Both the position numbers and the translations under genes were made by a program. A stretch of 64,000 nt of DNA from an uncultured Anaerolineales bacterium (GTDB lineage: Bacteria > Chloroflexota > Anaerolineae > Anaerolineales > UBA6663), in NCBI GenBank assembly GCA_964608265.1, contig CAZSNP010000002.1:41387-105386 (forward strand), read 5' to 3'. The notes below the pieces were generated by a model, which worked only from the letters and a program-made list of their open reading frames with translations, did no database searches and was not told the DNA's origin. This document shows positions 1 through 8,514 of this stretch, one piece after another. Numbering within the stretch: position 1 is the stretch's first letter; each line of letters opens with the position of its first letter.

Positions 1-235
1 CGAACTCGGGGAAGCGCGCCGTCTGCAAAATCGTGCCGCCACGCTGGATGATGCCGCCCACATCGCGCGCGCCCATATCGGCGATCTCGCCCTGCACCAA
101 TCCCTGAAAGGCGCGCCGGATGCCCCGCACCCGCAGCCCGTGGCCGAGCGCCGTGCGCACCACCGCCCGCACACAGGCGTTCATCCCCGGCGCATCGCCG
201 CCGGAAGTCATCACCGCAATCGTCTTGAGGCTCAT
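1..235 (-). CDS. pfkA: 6-phosphofructokinase, N-terminal ~78 codons (gene runs off left edge)
   Basis: Own translation of reverse strand from ATG 235-233: [89 protein letters not shown] and RGGT.L..ARFPEF are diagnostic ATP-PFK motifs. Absent from the ORF track because there is no stop in the window. Confidence 0.85.
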   Translation of the reverse strand, partial: MSLKTIAVMTSGGDAPGMNACVRAVVRTALGHGLRVRGIRRAFQGLVQGEIADMGARDVGGIIQRGGTILQTARFPEF

Positions 236-373
236 GTGATTTTAGCGAAGCGATCCGAGTCATTCAGAATAACGCGGCGCGATTGTAGCACGCGCACCGC
301 CCACCTCATCGGGCGGATTGCACAAAAAGGGTGGCGGGGCGCTGCTGGGGACGGGAGACTGGCGGGCCGGCGC

Positions 374-3300
374 TCAGTAGTCGCCGGCGAAGGTCTCCGA
401 CCACGCCATCACGCGGATGGCGTCGGCCCCCACCAACGCCTCCAGCTTGCGGCGCGCTTCGGCGGTGAAGGCGATGCGGTCGTTGGGGAAGCGCAACTGC
501 TGCTCGCGCTCCGCTTCGTGGATGACGAACTCGAACTCATCCGGCCCACGCTGGCGCGTGAGCACGCGGTACACGGCCTGCAATCGCTTGCGGTCTTTGA
601 GCGGATCGCCGCTCGCGGTCAGGGTGACGATCACCCGTTGCCACTGCGTGGAGGTGGTTTGTGGGGCCGGGCGCGGGTGGGCGCCGTTCCCGTTGCGGAG
701 GCCATTGCCTGTGGCAACGTTTGCGCTTGCCGGGGCAACTACAACCGGAGCTTCTGCCGCCGGGGAACCGTTGGTCGCCGAGGCCGCCACTTCCTTCACG
801 GCAACATTCGTTGCCGCCAGTGGCTGCGGTGCGCGACCGATCGGTGCGACGTTGGCCGGCTGCATGAATTCCTCATCGTACGGCACATCATCCGGCGGGG
901 GCGGCACGTAGCCGCGCGGCAGCGGCGCGTCATCCGGGGGCAACGGCGCCACGTCGTCGGGCGTGAACATAGTGGCTTGCACCGGCGCGGGGCGCGGGGC
1001 GGGAGCATTCGCCATCTTGAAATCCTGCCGCAGCGAGTCCACCAGAATCTTCGGCGTTCCCCCGGCCGCATCCACCTTGCCGTAGATGACGACGATCTGC
1101 TCGGCCGCCAGCCAGCGGCTGACCTCGCGCCACGTCTTCGGGAAGATGACGAGGTCGAGCGAACCCTGCACATCCTCCACGGTGACGAAGCCCATCGGGT
1201 CGCCCTTCTTCGTGGTGTGCGTGCGGAGGTGGGTGACGACGCCGGCCATCGTCACCGGCTTGCCGTGGTCGTCGGCGCCGAGTTGCGCGCTGGTGTGGGT
1301 GATGACTCCCCCGAGTTGCTCCATCACCGGCTGCAACGGGTGTGCGCTGACGTACAGCCCGATCAACTCCTTTTCCCACCTGAGTTGTTCGCGCTGCGTC
1401 ACGACCACCTTGACCCGCGGCAACTGCACGCCGGTGAAGCCGCCGCCCCCGTCGAACAGCGTCATCTGCCCGGCCTCCGCCGCGCGGAAATGGGCGGCGC
1501 TGGCGTTCACGAACTGGTCGAGGCCTTCGAGCATCTGCCCGCGGTCGCCGAACCGATCGAGCGCGCCGACCTTGATCAGGCATTCGAGCGCGCGTTTGCC
1601 CACCGCGCGCAAATCGGTGCGCTGGCAGAAGTCGTCCAGCGAGGCGAACGGCCCGCCCGCGGCACGCGCGCCGAGGATGACCTGCACCGCGCCCTCGCCG
1701 ACATTTTTGATAGCGGCCATGCCGAAGCGAATGGCTGATGGCTGATTGCCCGCTTTCTGCCTTCCGCCGTCTGCCTCCTGCGCCTCTCTATCTTCAATCG
1801 AAAAATCCACCTGGCTGCGGTTCACATCCGGCGGCAGCACGGCGATGCCCATCGCTTTGCAGTCTTCGACGTACAGCGCCACCTTGTCCGTGTCACCGCG
1901 CGAGGCCGAGAGCACGGCGGTCATGTACTCCACCGGATAGTGCGCTTTGAGATAGGCCGTCTGCACCGAGATCACGCCGTAGTCGGCGGCGTGACTTTTG
2001 TTGAAGCCGTAACGCGCGAACTCCTCCCAATCGGCGAAGATGCCCTCGGCGGCGCTGGGCGGCATGCCCCTGGCCACCGCGCCTTTGATGAACTTCTCCT
2101 GATGTTTTTGCAGACTCTCTTTTTGCTTCTTGGCAATCGCCTTGCGCAGGTCATCGGACTCGCTCATGGTATAGCCGGCGAGTTCCACTGCCGCGCGCAT
2201 GATCTGTTCCTGATAGACCGGGATGCCGTAGGTCTCGTTGAAGATCGGTTCGAGCGAGGCGTGGCGATACTCCACCGGCTCCTCGCCGTGCATGCGCCGG
2301 ATGTAGCTGGGGATGAACTCCAGCGGGCCGGGCCGGTAGAGCGAGATCATGGCGATGATGTTGTCCAGATTCTTGGGCTTCATCTGCGTCAGATAACGCG
2401 TCATGCCCGTGCCTTCCACCTGGAACACACCCAGCGTCTGCCCCCGGCCCATCAACTCGAACGACCTGGGATCGTCCACCGGGATGTTGGTGAGGTCGAA
2501 CTTCACGCCGCGCCGCTGCTCGATGAGCTGGCAGGCGCGCTGCATGATCGTCAGCGTGATCAGCCCGAGGAAATCCACCTTGAGCATGCCGAGCTTTTCG
2601 AGGATGCCCATCTCGAACTGTGTCACCGTTTTGATCGGCGTGTCCTCGGCGTTGCTGGTCGGGCGGTGCAGCGGCAGGTATTCGAGGATGGGCTTGTCGG
2701 CGATGACGACGCCGGCGGCGTGCGTGCCGACGTTGCGCACCACGCCCTCCATCTGCGCGGCGGTGTCAATCAAATCGCGCGTCAGCGATTTGTCGAGCCG
2801 CTGCTCGCCGTTGACCTCCAGCCCGCGGCTGTAAATCTCCTTCAACTCGGGGACCTGTTCCAGGGCTTCGGGGATCGTGATCGGTTTGCCGGGGATGTTG
2901 GGGATTTTCTCGGCGATCTTGCCGACATCCCCAAGGGGGATGTCCATCACCCGGCCCACATCGCGGATGGCGGCGCGCGCGCCGAGCGTGCCGAAGGTGA
3001 TGATCTGCGCGACCTTGTCGCCCCCGTACTTCTGCACGCAATAGTCGAGCAGTTTGTAGCGCAGGTCGTCCTGAAAATCGAGGTCGATATCGGGCATGGA
3101 GACGCGGCCCGGATTGAGGAAGCGCTCGAAGATCAGGCCGTGGGCCAGCGGCTCGACGGTGGTGATGTCGAGCACGTAGGCGACGATGCTGCCGGCCGCC
3201 GAGCCGCGCGCGTTGTACCAGATGCCGTTGTTCAGCGCGTACCGGCACAGATCCCACACGATGAGGAAGTACGCGGCGAAGCCCATCTCGTTGATGACGC

Positions 3301-4279
3301 GCAATTCGTAATGCAGGCGCTCCTTCACTTCGCCGGAGTCGGCGCGCGAGCCATAGCGCCGGCGCAACCCCTCGGCGCACAAGTGGCGCAGATAGCTCTC
3401 GGCCGTCTCGCCCTCGGGCACCGGGAATTGCGGCAGGTGATAGCCCTTGGTCTTGAGGTTGACGTTGCAGCGTTCCGCAATCAGCAACGTGTTGCGGATG
3501 GCAGCCGGCACCTCGGCGAACAGTTCGCTCATCTCCTGCGGCGTGCGCAGATAGTAATCCTGCCCCGACATCCGCATCCGCTTGGGGTCTTTGAGCACGC
3601 AGCCGGTCTGGATGGCGAGCAGGATATCCTGCAGCCGCGCCTCCTCGGGCTGGATGTAGTGCACGTCGTTGGTGGCGATGAACTGCGCCTCGTAGCGCGG
3701 GCCTAACTCGAGCAGCGCCCGGTTCAGCGTGTGGATGGCGGGGATGTCGTGATGTTGCAGCTCGAGGAAGAAGCGGTCGTGGCCGAAGACCTCGTAATAC
3801 CAGTCGAGCTTGCGGCGCGCCTCGTCCGGCGCCCCGTCTTCGATGGCGCGCGGAATCTCCGACGCCATGCAGCCGCTGGTGCAGATCAGGCCTTCACTGT
3901 GCGCGGCGAGGAAGTCGCGGTCGATGCGCGGGTAGTAGTAGAAGCCTTCGAGTTGCGCCGCGCTGGCGATCTTGAGCAGGTTTTGGTAGCCGGTTTGATT
4001 TTCGGCCAGCAGCAACAAGTGATAGGGCTTCTTGTCTTTGACGGGGTCGCGGTCGGTCATGCCGCGCGGCGCGAGGTAGGCCTCCAGGCCGATGATGGGC
4101 CTGATGTCATTCTCGGTCGCGGCGCTGAAGAACTCGATGACGCCGTGCATCGTGCCGTGGTCGGTGATGGCCAGCGCCGGCATACCCAACTCTTTGGCGC
4201 GCTTGACCAGGCGCTTGATGTTGCTGAAGCCGTCGAGCAACGAGTACTCAGTGTGGCAGTGCAAGTGAGCGAAGGACAT
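374..4279 (-). CDS. dnaE: DNA polymerase III alpha subunit (PHP domain N-terminus, long C-terminal extension)
   Basis: 1301-aa ORF. N-terminus MSFAHLHCHTEYSLLDG (PHP), then the GFAAYFLIVWD, PDIDLDF, FGTLGARAAIRDVGR, LKVDFLGL and YRPGP blocks typical of DnaE. Confidence 0.95.
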   Translation of the reverse strand: MSFAHLHCHTEYSLLDGFSNIKRLVKRAKELGMPALAITDHGTMHGVIEFFSAATENDIRPIIGLEAYLAPRGMTDRDPVKDKKPYHLLLLAENQTGYQNLLKIASAAQLEGFYYYPRIDRDFLAAHSEGLICTSGCMASEIPRAIEDGAPDEARRKLDWYYEVFGHDRFFLELQHHDIPAIHTLNRALLELGPRYEAQFIATNDVHYIQPEEARLQDILLAIQTGCVLKDPKRMRMSGQDYYLRTPQEMSELFAEVPAAIRNTLLIAERCNVNLKTKGYHLPQFPVPEGETAESYLRHLCAEGLRRRYGSRADSGEVKERLHYELRVINEMGFAAYFLIVWDLCRYALNNGIWYNARGSAAGSIVAYVLDITTVEPLAHGLIFERFLNPGRVSMPDIDLDFQDDLRYKLLDYCVQKYGGDKVAQIITFGTLGARAAIRDVGRVMDIPLGDVGKIAEKIPNIPGKPITIPEALEQVPELKEIYSRGLEVNGEQRLDKSLTRDLIDTAAQMEGVVRNVGTHAAGVVIADKPILEYLPLHRPTSNAEDTPIKTVTQFEMGILEKLGMLKVDFLGLITLTIMQRACQLIEQRRGVKFDLTNIPVDDPRSFELMGRGQTLGVFQVEGTGMTRYLTQMKPKNLDNIIAMISLYRPGPLEFIPSYIRRMHGEEPVEYRHASLEPIFNETYGIPVYQEQIMRAAVELAGYTMSESDDLRKAIAKKQKESLQKHQEKFIKGAVARGMPPSAAEGIFADWEEFARYGFNKSHAADYGVISVQTAYLKAHYPVEYMTAVLSASRGDTDKVALYVEDCKAMGIAVLPPDVNRSQVDFSIEDREAQEADGGRQKAGNQPSAIRFGMAAIKNVGEGAVQVILGARAAGGPFASLDDFCQRTDLRAVGKRALECLIKVGALDRFGDRGQMLEGLDQFVNASAAHFRAAEAGQMTLFDGGGGFTGVQLPRVKVVVTQREQLRWEKELIGLYVSAHPLQPVMEQLGGVITHTSAQLGADDHGKPVTMAGVVTHLRTHTTKKGDPMGFVTVEDVQGSLDLVIFPKTWREVSRWLAAEQIVVIYGKVDAAGGTPKILVDSLRQDFKMANAPAPRPAPVQATMFTPDDVAPLPPDDAPLPRGYVPPPPDDVPYDEEFMQPANVAPIGRAPQPLAATNVAVKEVAASATNGSPAAEAPVVVAPASANVATGNGLRNGNGAHPRPAPQTTSTQWQRVIVTLTASGDPLKDRKRLQAVYRVLTRQRGPDEFEFVIHEAEREQQLRFPNDRIAFTAEARRKLEALVGADAIRVMAWSETFAGDY

Positions 4280-4285
4280 GCTGGA

Positions 4286-4291
4286 ACGATA
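4286..4291 (-). promoter_or_regulatory. -10-like box TATCGT, 6 nt upstream of dnaE ATG (leaderless geometry)
   Basis: Reverse strand reads TATCGT TCCAGC ATG. Confidence 0.3.
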
Positions 4292-4456
4292 CGTGACGAT
4301 TGGAAACAGGGTTTGTGAGGACGGCTGCGGATTATAGCACCGAGCCTTTTTGGCGCATCTTAATCTCTTCCGCTCATTTCTCTCAGCCTGCTCTCACCCG
4401 CGGCGGGCAAATTCTGTCCTATTCTTTTTTTGCACAGACGCGCGGAGATATTTGCA

Positions 4457-5248
4457 ATGAACAGGACTCTCCTCATCGCCGGCCTGGTCGGCGTGTTGGC
4501 CGTGGGCGGGCTGGGCGCGGCGGCGCTGTACAACTGGGTGCTTGGCCCCACGCTCGCGCCCAGCGCGCCGATCAGCGCCATCCCGCTGCAACTCGCAGGC
4601 ACGCCCACCCCCGCGCCCGTCATCCCGAACACCGCCGGCGAACCGACAGCCGCGCCGACGACGGCGGCCGCCCCGGCCCCAACCGCAGCCGCGATGGCCG
4701 CGCCCGCCGGCGGGCTGACGGTGTTTCAAATCAGCCAAGCCGAGTCGGAGGTGCGCTTCATCATCTTCGAGGAGCTGCGCGGCCAGCCGGTGGATGTGGT
4801 CGGCAAGAGCAATCAGGTGGCGGGCGAGTTGGCCGTGAACCCGGCGGAGCTGAGCAGCGCGCAGGTCGGCGTGATCCGGGTCAACGCGCGCACGCTGGTC
4901 ACCGATCAGGATCGGCGCAATCAGGCCATCCGCAATCGCATCCTCAACACCGACAGCTACGAGTTCATCACCTTCACCCCGACCGAGGTGCGCGGCCTCT
5001 CCGGCAGCGCCGCGCCGGGCGACACGCAGACGTTTCAACTCGCCGGTGACCTGACCATCCGCGATGTGACGAAGCCCGTCGTTTTCGACGTCACCGTCAC
5101 CGCCGAGGCCGCCGACCGGCTGAAGGGCAGCGCGCTGGCCACCATCACCTGGGCGGACTTCGGCCTCATCATCCCCGACGTCCCTTTCGTCGCCAACGTG
5201 GGCGACACGGTCAGGCTCGAATTGGATTTTGTGGCCCTGGCAAAATAG
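4457..5248 (+). CDS. YceI-like (polyisoprenoid-binding) family protein with N-terminal TM/signal and Ala/Pro linker
   Basis: ORF 4430..5248; preferred start is MNRTLLIAGLVGVLAV at 4457, preceded by GGAG. The body (SEVRFIIFEELRG...VAGEL...TDQDRRNQAIRNRILNTDSYEFITF...LAGDLTIRDVTKPVVFDV) matches the YceI pattern. Confidence 0.75.
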   Translation: MNRTLLIAGLVGVLAVGGLGAAALYNWVLGPTLAPSAPISAIPLQLAGTPTPAPVIPNTAGEPTAAPTTAAAPAPTAAAMAAPAGGLTVFQISQAESEVRFIIFEELRGQPVDVVGKSNQVAGELAVNPAELSSAQVGVIRVNARTLVTDQDRRNQAIRNRILNTDSYEFITFTPTEVRGLSGSAAPGDTQTFQLAGDLTIRDVTKPVVFDVTVTAEAADRLKGSALATITWADFGLIIPDVPFVANVGDTVRLELDFVALAK

Positions 5249-5322
5249 AATCGGCAACGGGTTTGGAAGCGGCTGCAACGGATGGAACCGGCTCAGGCCG
5301 GCGCGGCCTTGAGGCGACCACA

Positions 5323-6405
5323 ATGAAACGCTTGCTGCTGTCCGGCCTGCCGCTCCTGCTCGCCCTCGCCGCGTGCGCGACGCCGACCGAACCACCGCCG
5401 CCGCAAGCCGCAGGTACGCGCGCGTTGAACGCGCGGCCCGCAGCCACAGCGCGACCGTCGCAAACGCCGCCGCCCGCGACGGCCACACCCGCCCCGACTT
5501 CCACCTCCACCCTAACCCCCGCCCCGACGCTGCACCCGATGATGATCGAAGCGATGCGGCAGCGCGAGTACCCGGGCAGCGATATTGTGATCGAGCGCGA
5601 GCTTGAGCCGGGCGTCAACTATCGGCGCTACTACGCCTCATACCTCTCCGAGGGGCTGAAGATATACGCGCTGCTCACCGTGCCGGACGGCGAGCGCCCC
5701 GCCGGCGGCTGGCCCGCCATCGTCTTCAATCACGGCTTCATCCCGCCGGAGGTGTACCGCACCACCGAACGCTACGTCGCGTATGTAGACCGGCTGGCGC
5801 AGGCGCAGTACATCGTGCTGCGCTCCGACTATCGCGGCCACGATCAATCCGAAGGCGAGGCCACCGGCGCGTACGGCAGCCCCGGTTACGTGATTGATGT
5901 CCTCAACGCCGTCGCCACGCTGCGCCGCTACCCCGAGGCCGACCCGGCCCGCATCGGGATGTGGGGCCACTCGATGGGCGGCTATCTCACCCTGCGGTCA
6001 ATGGTGATCGATCCGGGCATCAGGGCCGGGGTGATCTGGGCGGGCGTGGTCGCGCCGTATCCGGATTTGTTTGCGCGCGGCCCGCGGCCCACGCCCGATG
6101 CGACGAGCCTGGCGGCCTTCCCCGGTCGTGGACGCTGGCGCACGCAATGGCTGGAGTTGTACGGCGCGCCGGAGGAGAACCCGGCGTTTTGGAACGGCAT
6201 CTCGGCCAACGCTTTCCTTGCCGATCTCTCCGGCCCGATCCAACTGCATCACGGCACGGCCGACGAGTCGGTGCCGCTGGCTGCCTCGCAGACGCTGTAC
6301 GATGAGATGAAGGAGATGGCGCTGCCGGTGGAGTTTTACACCTACGAGGGGGGACAACCACAATCTGGCCGGCTTCTTCAGCACGGCAATGAAGCGCACG
6401 CTTGA
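5323..6405 (+). CDS. secreted lipoprotein alpha/beta hydrolase (prolyl-oligopeptidase/dienelactone-hydrolase-like); 3' end apparently frameshifted
   Basis: Lipobox MKRLLLSGLPLLLALAAC at 5323. Nucleophile elbow GHSMGG and acid HGTADESVP are present. The expected catalytic His (DNHNL) is only in the +1 frame after a G6 run at 6348-6353 (alternative end 6430). Confidence 0.7.
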   Translation: MKRLLLSGLPLLLALAACATPTEPPPPQAAGTRALNARPAATARPSQTPPPATATPAPTSTSTLTPAPTLHPMMIEAMRQREYPGSDIVIERELEPGVNYRRYYASYLSEGLKIYALLTVPDGERPAGGWPAIVFNHGFIPPEVYRTTERYVAYVDRLAQAQYIVLRSDYRGHDQSEGEATGAYGSPGYVIDVLNAVATLRRYPEADPARIGMWGHSMGGYLTLRSMVIDPGIRAGVIWAGVVAPYPDLFARGPRPTPDATSLAAFPGRGRWRTQWLELYGAPEENPAFWNGISANAFLADLSGPIQLHHGTADESVPLAASQTLYDEMKEMALPVEFYTYEGGQPQSGRLLQHGNEAHA

Positions 6406-6437
6406 GTTCTTCGACCGCTATCTCAAGTAACGCAGCG

Positions 6438-7250
6438 TTACGACGTATAGGCCCCGGCGTGCGCGCACGCCACGCGCCACGCGATGATGGTTGCGCTGTC
6501 GCGGCCCTGCGCCTGATGGATGCGGTTGAGCACGCGCTCAACGTTGGCGCTGAGGGAGAGTTGCCCGTCCTCGCCCTTTGCGGTGAGCGCGGCGGCCAGG
6601 GCCGCGCCCTCATCGTACAGCGAGCCGGGGCTTTCGAGCACGCCGTCGGTCACCAGCGCGATCACGTTCTCATCGCCGCGCAACTCGCGGAGGCCGGTGG
6701 AATAGCACGGCACCGGCAGGTCGAAGGTGTTCGTCTTCCCGATCCACTCGAAAAACTGGCGCTGGTTGAGGGCGTATTGCCCGAGGCGGGCCAGCTCGGG
6801 ATGAAAGAGATAGGCCACGCAATCGCCGACCGAAAACCAGAACAGCACGTTATCCTTTTGCGCGGCGATGAGGCACGCCGTCTCGCCCTGGATTTGCTGG
6901 CATTGCTTGCGGAACGCCGGCGAGGTGAAGCCCGCCAGCAGCCGCCGGTGCAATTGATCGAAGGCGGTGGCCGCGGGCGAGGCCAACGCCTCGACCAGGC
7001 TGCCGTGTTCGGCGTCGAGCAGATTGAGCACCAGCATCGCGCTCTGGCCGGTGGTGTGCGCGTCGAGGATGGCCGTGAACGTCCACGCCCCATCGGCGGC
7101 CTGCCAGGCCAGCGCGGCATCCTCGTTGGCCCGCGCCCCGGCGCGCGAGTTGCCGCCGTAGCAACCGACCGTCACCGACCCGCATTGGGTCAGCGTCGGC
7201 GTATCGAGGTGCGGCGCGCGGCTGCCGAGCCAATCGAAGCGGTGGGTCAT
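6438..7250 (-). CDS. PP2C-family Ser/Thr protein phosphatase-like protein
   Basis: From MTHRFDWLG (ATG 7250). Motif series NEDAA, LDAHTTGQSA, SVGDCVAY, LVTDGV and RDSATII follows the PP2C motif order. The upstream part of ORF 6438..7427 overlaps the preceding gene and is not used. Confidence 0.7.
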   Translation of the reverse strand: MTHRFDWLGSRAPHLDTPTLTQCGSVTVGCYGGNSRAGARANEDAALAWQAADGAWTFTAILDAHTTGQSAMLVLNLLDAEHGSLVEALASPAATAFDQLHRRLLAGFTSPAFRKQCQQIQGETACLIAAQKDNVLFWFSVGDCVAYLFHPELARLGQYALNQRQFFEWIGKTNTFDLPVPCYSTGLRELRGDENVIALVTDGVLESPGSLYDEGAALAAALTAKGEDGQLSLSANVERVLNRIHQAQGRDSATIIAWRVACAHAGAYTS

Positions 7251-7714
7251 GGGCGAGGCAGCAGCGTGAAGACCAGCAGGCCGAGGCAGAGCAGCACAAT
7301 CACCACTGCCGCGACGACGAGCCACACCTTCACCGGGTCGGTCGGTTTGTCGCCGGCCACCGCGCCCGTCTGTCCATTCACCAGCACGCGGTACAAGCGG
7401 TCGCCGTAGCGATACGTCCCGATCCACAACGGCAGCAGCACGAGCTTGTACAGCTCGCCGGTGAAGGCATCGGTCGTCACTTCGACGTTACGCATCGCCG
7501 CGCCGCCCCGCGCTACCCGATCGCGCACCTGCGGGCAGGCGCGCTTCACCATCACCTCGCGCGCGCGCAGCGAGGCATCGGCCAGCGAAAGATCGTACTG
7601 CGCCATCGGCCAGTCGGCCACATACTCCGGCTTGAAGTGGATGAGCTGCTTCAAATCGAAGGCCGCCAGCCTGGCGAGCAAATCGGGCGGCAGCGCACGC
7701 GAGGCCGGCTGCAA
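7247..7714 (-). CDS. hypothetical protein with C-terminal TM anchor, translationally coupled to the PP2C gene; start uncertain (TTG)
   Basis: 155-aa ORF. Its stop overlaps the PP2C ATG (ATGA at 7247-7250). C-terminal hydrophobic helix VWLVVAAVVIVLLCLGLLVF. The first codon is TTG and no in-frame ATG/GTG occurs until MAQYD. Confidence 0.5.
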   Translation of the reverse strand: MQPASRALPPDLLARLAAFDLKQLIHFKPEYVADWPMAQYDLSLADASLRAREVMVKRACPQVRDRVARGGAAMRNVEVTTDAFTGELYKLVLLPLWIGTYRYGDRLYRVLVNGQTGAVAGDKPTDPVKVWLVVAAVVIVLLCLGLLVFTLLPRP

Positions 7715-7754
7715 TTGATCGGTGTCGGTCGAAGCTCATATCAAAATGTGGAGG

Positions 7755-7799
7755 GTGGAGCGTGGAGGGAAGGGTCCCGCTTCACCCGCCACGCTCCAC
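7755..7799 (-). terminator. hairpin with 11-bp perfect stem overlapping the mobA 3' end
   Basis: GTGGAGCGTGG (7755-7765) is the exact reverse complement of CCACGCTCCAC (7789-7799); 23-nt loop. It lies in a GTGGAGGG-rich tract. Confidence 0.3.
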
Positions 7800-8381
7800 T
7801 AATTTGCGCGCTGCCTCTAAATCAGCGGGCGTGTTCACGTTGAAGAACGACAGGTGTTGCGGGTCGAAGCGGTCGATCTCGGCCTCGTCCACAAAACGCA
7901 CGCGCACGTCGGGGAAGAAGCTGATGATCCGCATCTTGCCCGCCTCCAGCGCGGCGCGAATCGGCCCGAGGCAGGCGCGCGCGTAGATGGCGCGGAACGG
8001 CTCGGCCTCCTTGCCGAGGCGCGGCACAATCGCATCGCCCTCCGGGATGAGGGCGATCAAATACTCGAGCAGCGGCCTGACGACGAAAGGCATATCGCAC
8101 GCCACGCACAGGGTGTGCGGCTGCGACGAGTGATAGAGCGCGGTATAGATTCCGCCCAGCGCGCCTTTGTCGGGCAGCACATCGGCGAACGCCGGCAGGC
8201 CGAGGTAGGCGTAGTGCGCGGGCTGGTTGGTGATGAGGATCGTTTCGGTGCCGAGGCCGCGCACCTGGTCGAGGATGTCTTCGATGAGGGGCTTGCCCAG
8301 CAGGCGCACGAACGACTTATCCGTGCCCATGCGCGAGCTTTTCCCCCCGGCGAGGATGGCAACCGTCAGCGGCTCAGACAT
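7782..8381 (-). CDS. mobA: molybdenum cofactor guanylyltransferase
   Basis: MSEPLTVAILAGGKSSRMGTDKSF... (LAGG.S.RMG..K motif), ~200 aa. ATG at 8381 is supported by a TATAAT box 7 nt upstream. Confidence 0.8.
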   Translation of the reverse strand: MSEPLTVAILAGGKSSRMGTDKSFVRLLGKPLIEDILDQVRGLGTETILITNQPAHYAYLGLPAFADVLPDKGALGGIYTALYHSSQPHTLCVACDMPFVVRPLLEYLIALIPEGDAIVPRLGKEAEPFRAIYARACLGPIRAALEAGKMRIISFFPDVRVRFVDEAEIDRFDPQHLSFFNVNTPADLEAARKLVERGG

Positions 8382-8388
8382 GGGCCGG

Positions 8389-8416
8389 ATTATATCGGAG
8401 AGGGATGGCCTGTCGG
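8389..8416 (-). promoter_or_regulatory. putative sigma70-type promoter of mobA (leaderless geometry)
   Basis: Reverse strand: CCGACA - 16 nt - TATAAT - CCGGCCC - ATG. Confidence 0.35.
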
Positions 8417-8502
8417 GGGCCAAATCGGTTTGAAGACGCTATCCGACGAAAACTCCCTCGCCCATTCTCCGTTCTCCCCATTGCCCTCCCACGCGCAGCG
8501 GG

Positions 8503-8508
8503 TAAACT
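8503..8508 (+). promoter_or_regulatory. -10-like box TAAACT, 6 nt upstream of the ATP-grasp ATG
   Basis: TAAACT TGCGGC ATG(8515). Confidence 0.3.
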
Positions 8509-8514
8509 TGCGGC

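Noticed and set aside
140-3706. Plus-strand ORFs 140..1738 and 1940..3706 (532 and 588 aa) opposite dnaE. Similar long antisense ORFs: 8374..10143, 12928..14685, 26095..27408, 28379..29890, 31233..35276, 38643..40457, 45709..46752, 48344..50095, 51088..52035, 53300..54643, 54857..56770, 57963..61001
   Set aside because: Each overlaps, on the opposite strand, a gene with diagnostic conserved motifs. Their translations are R/A/G/H/D-rich with no recognisable domains. This is the expected artefact of ~70% GC sequence.
4300-5488. ORFs 4300..5049 (+) and 4394..5488 (-) overlapping the YceI-like gene
   Set aside because: They are alternative-frame or antisense readings of the Ala/Pro-rich linker and the YceI body. 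Only the 4457..5248 frame has a signal/TM sequence and the YceI motif pattern.
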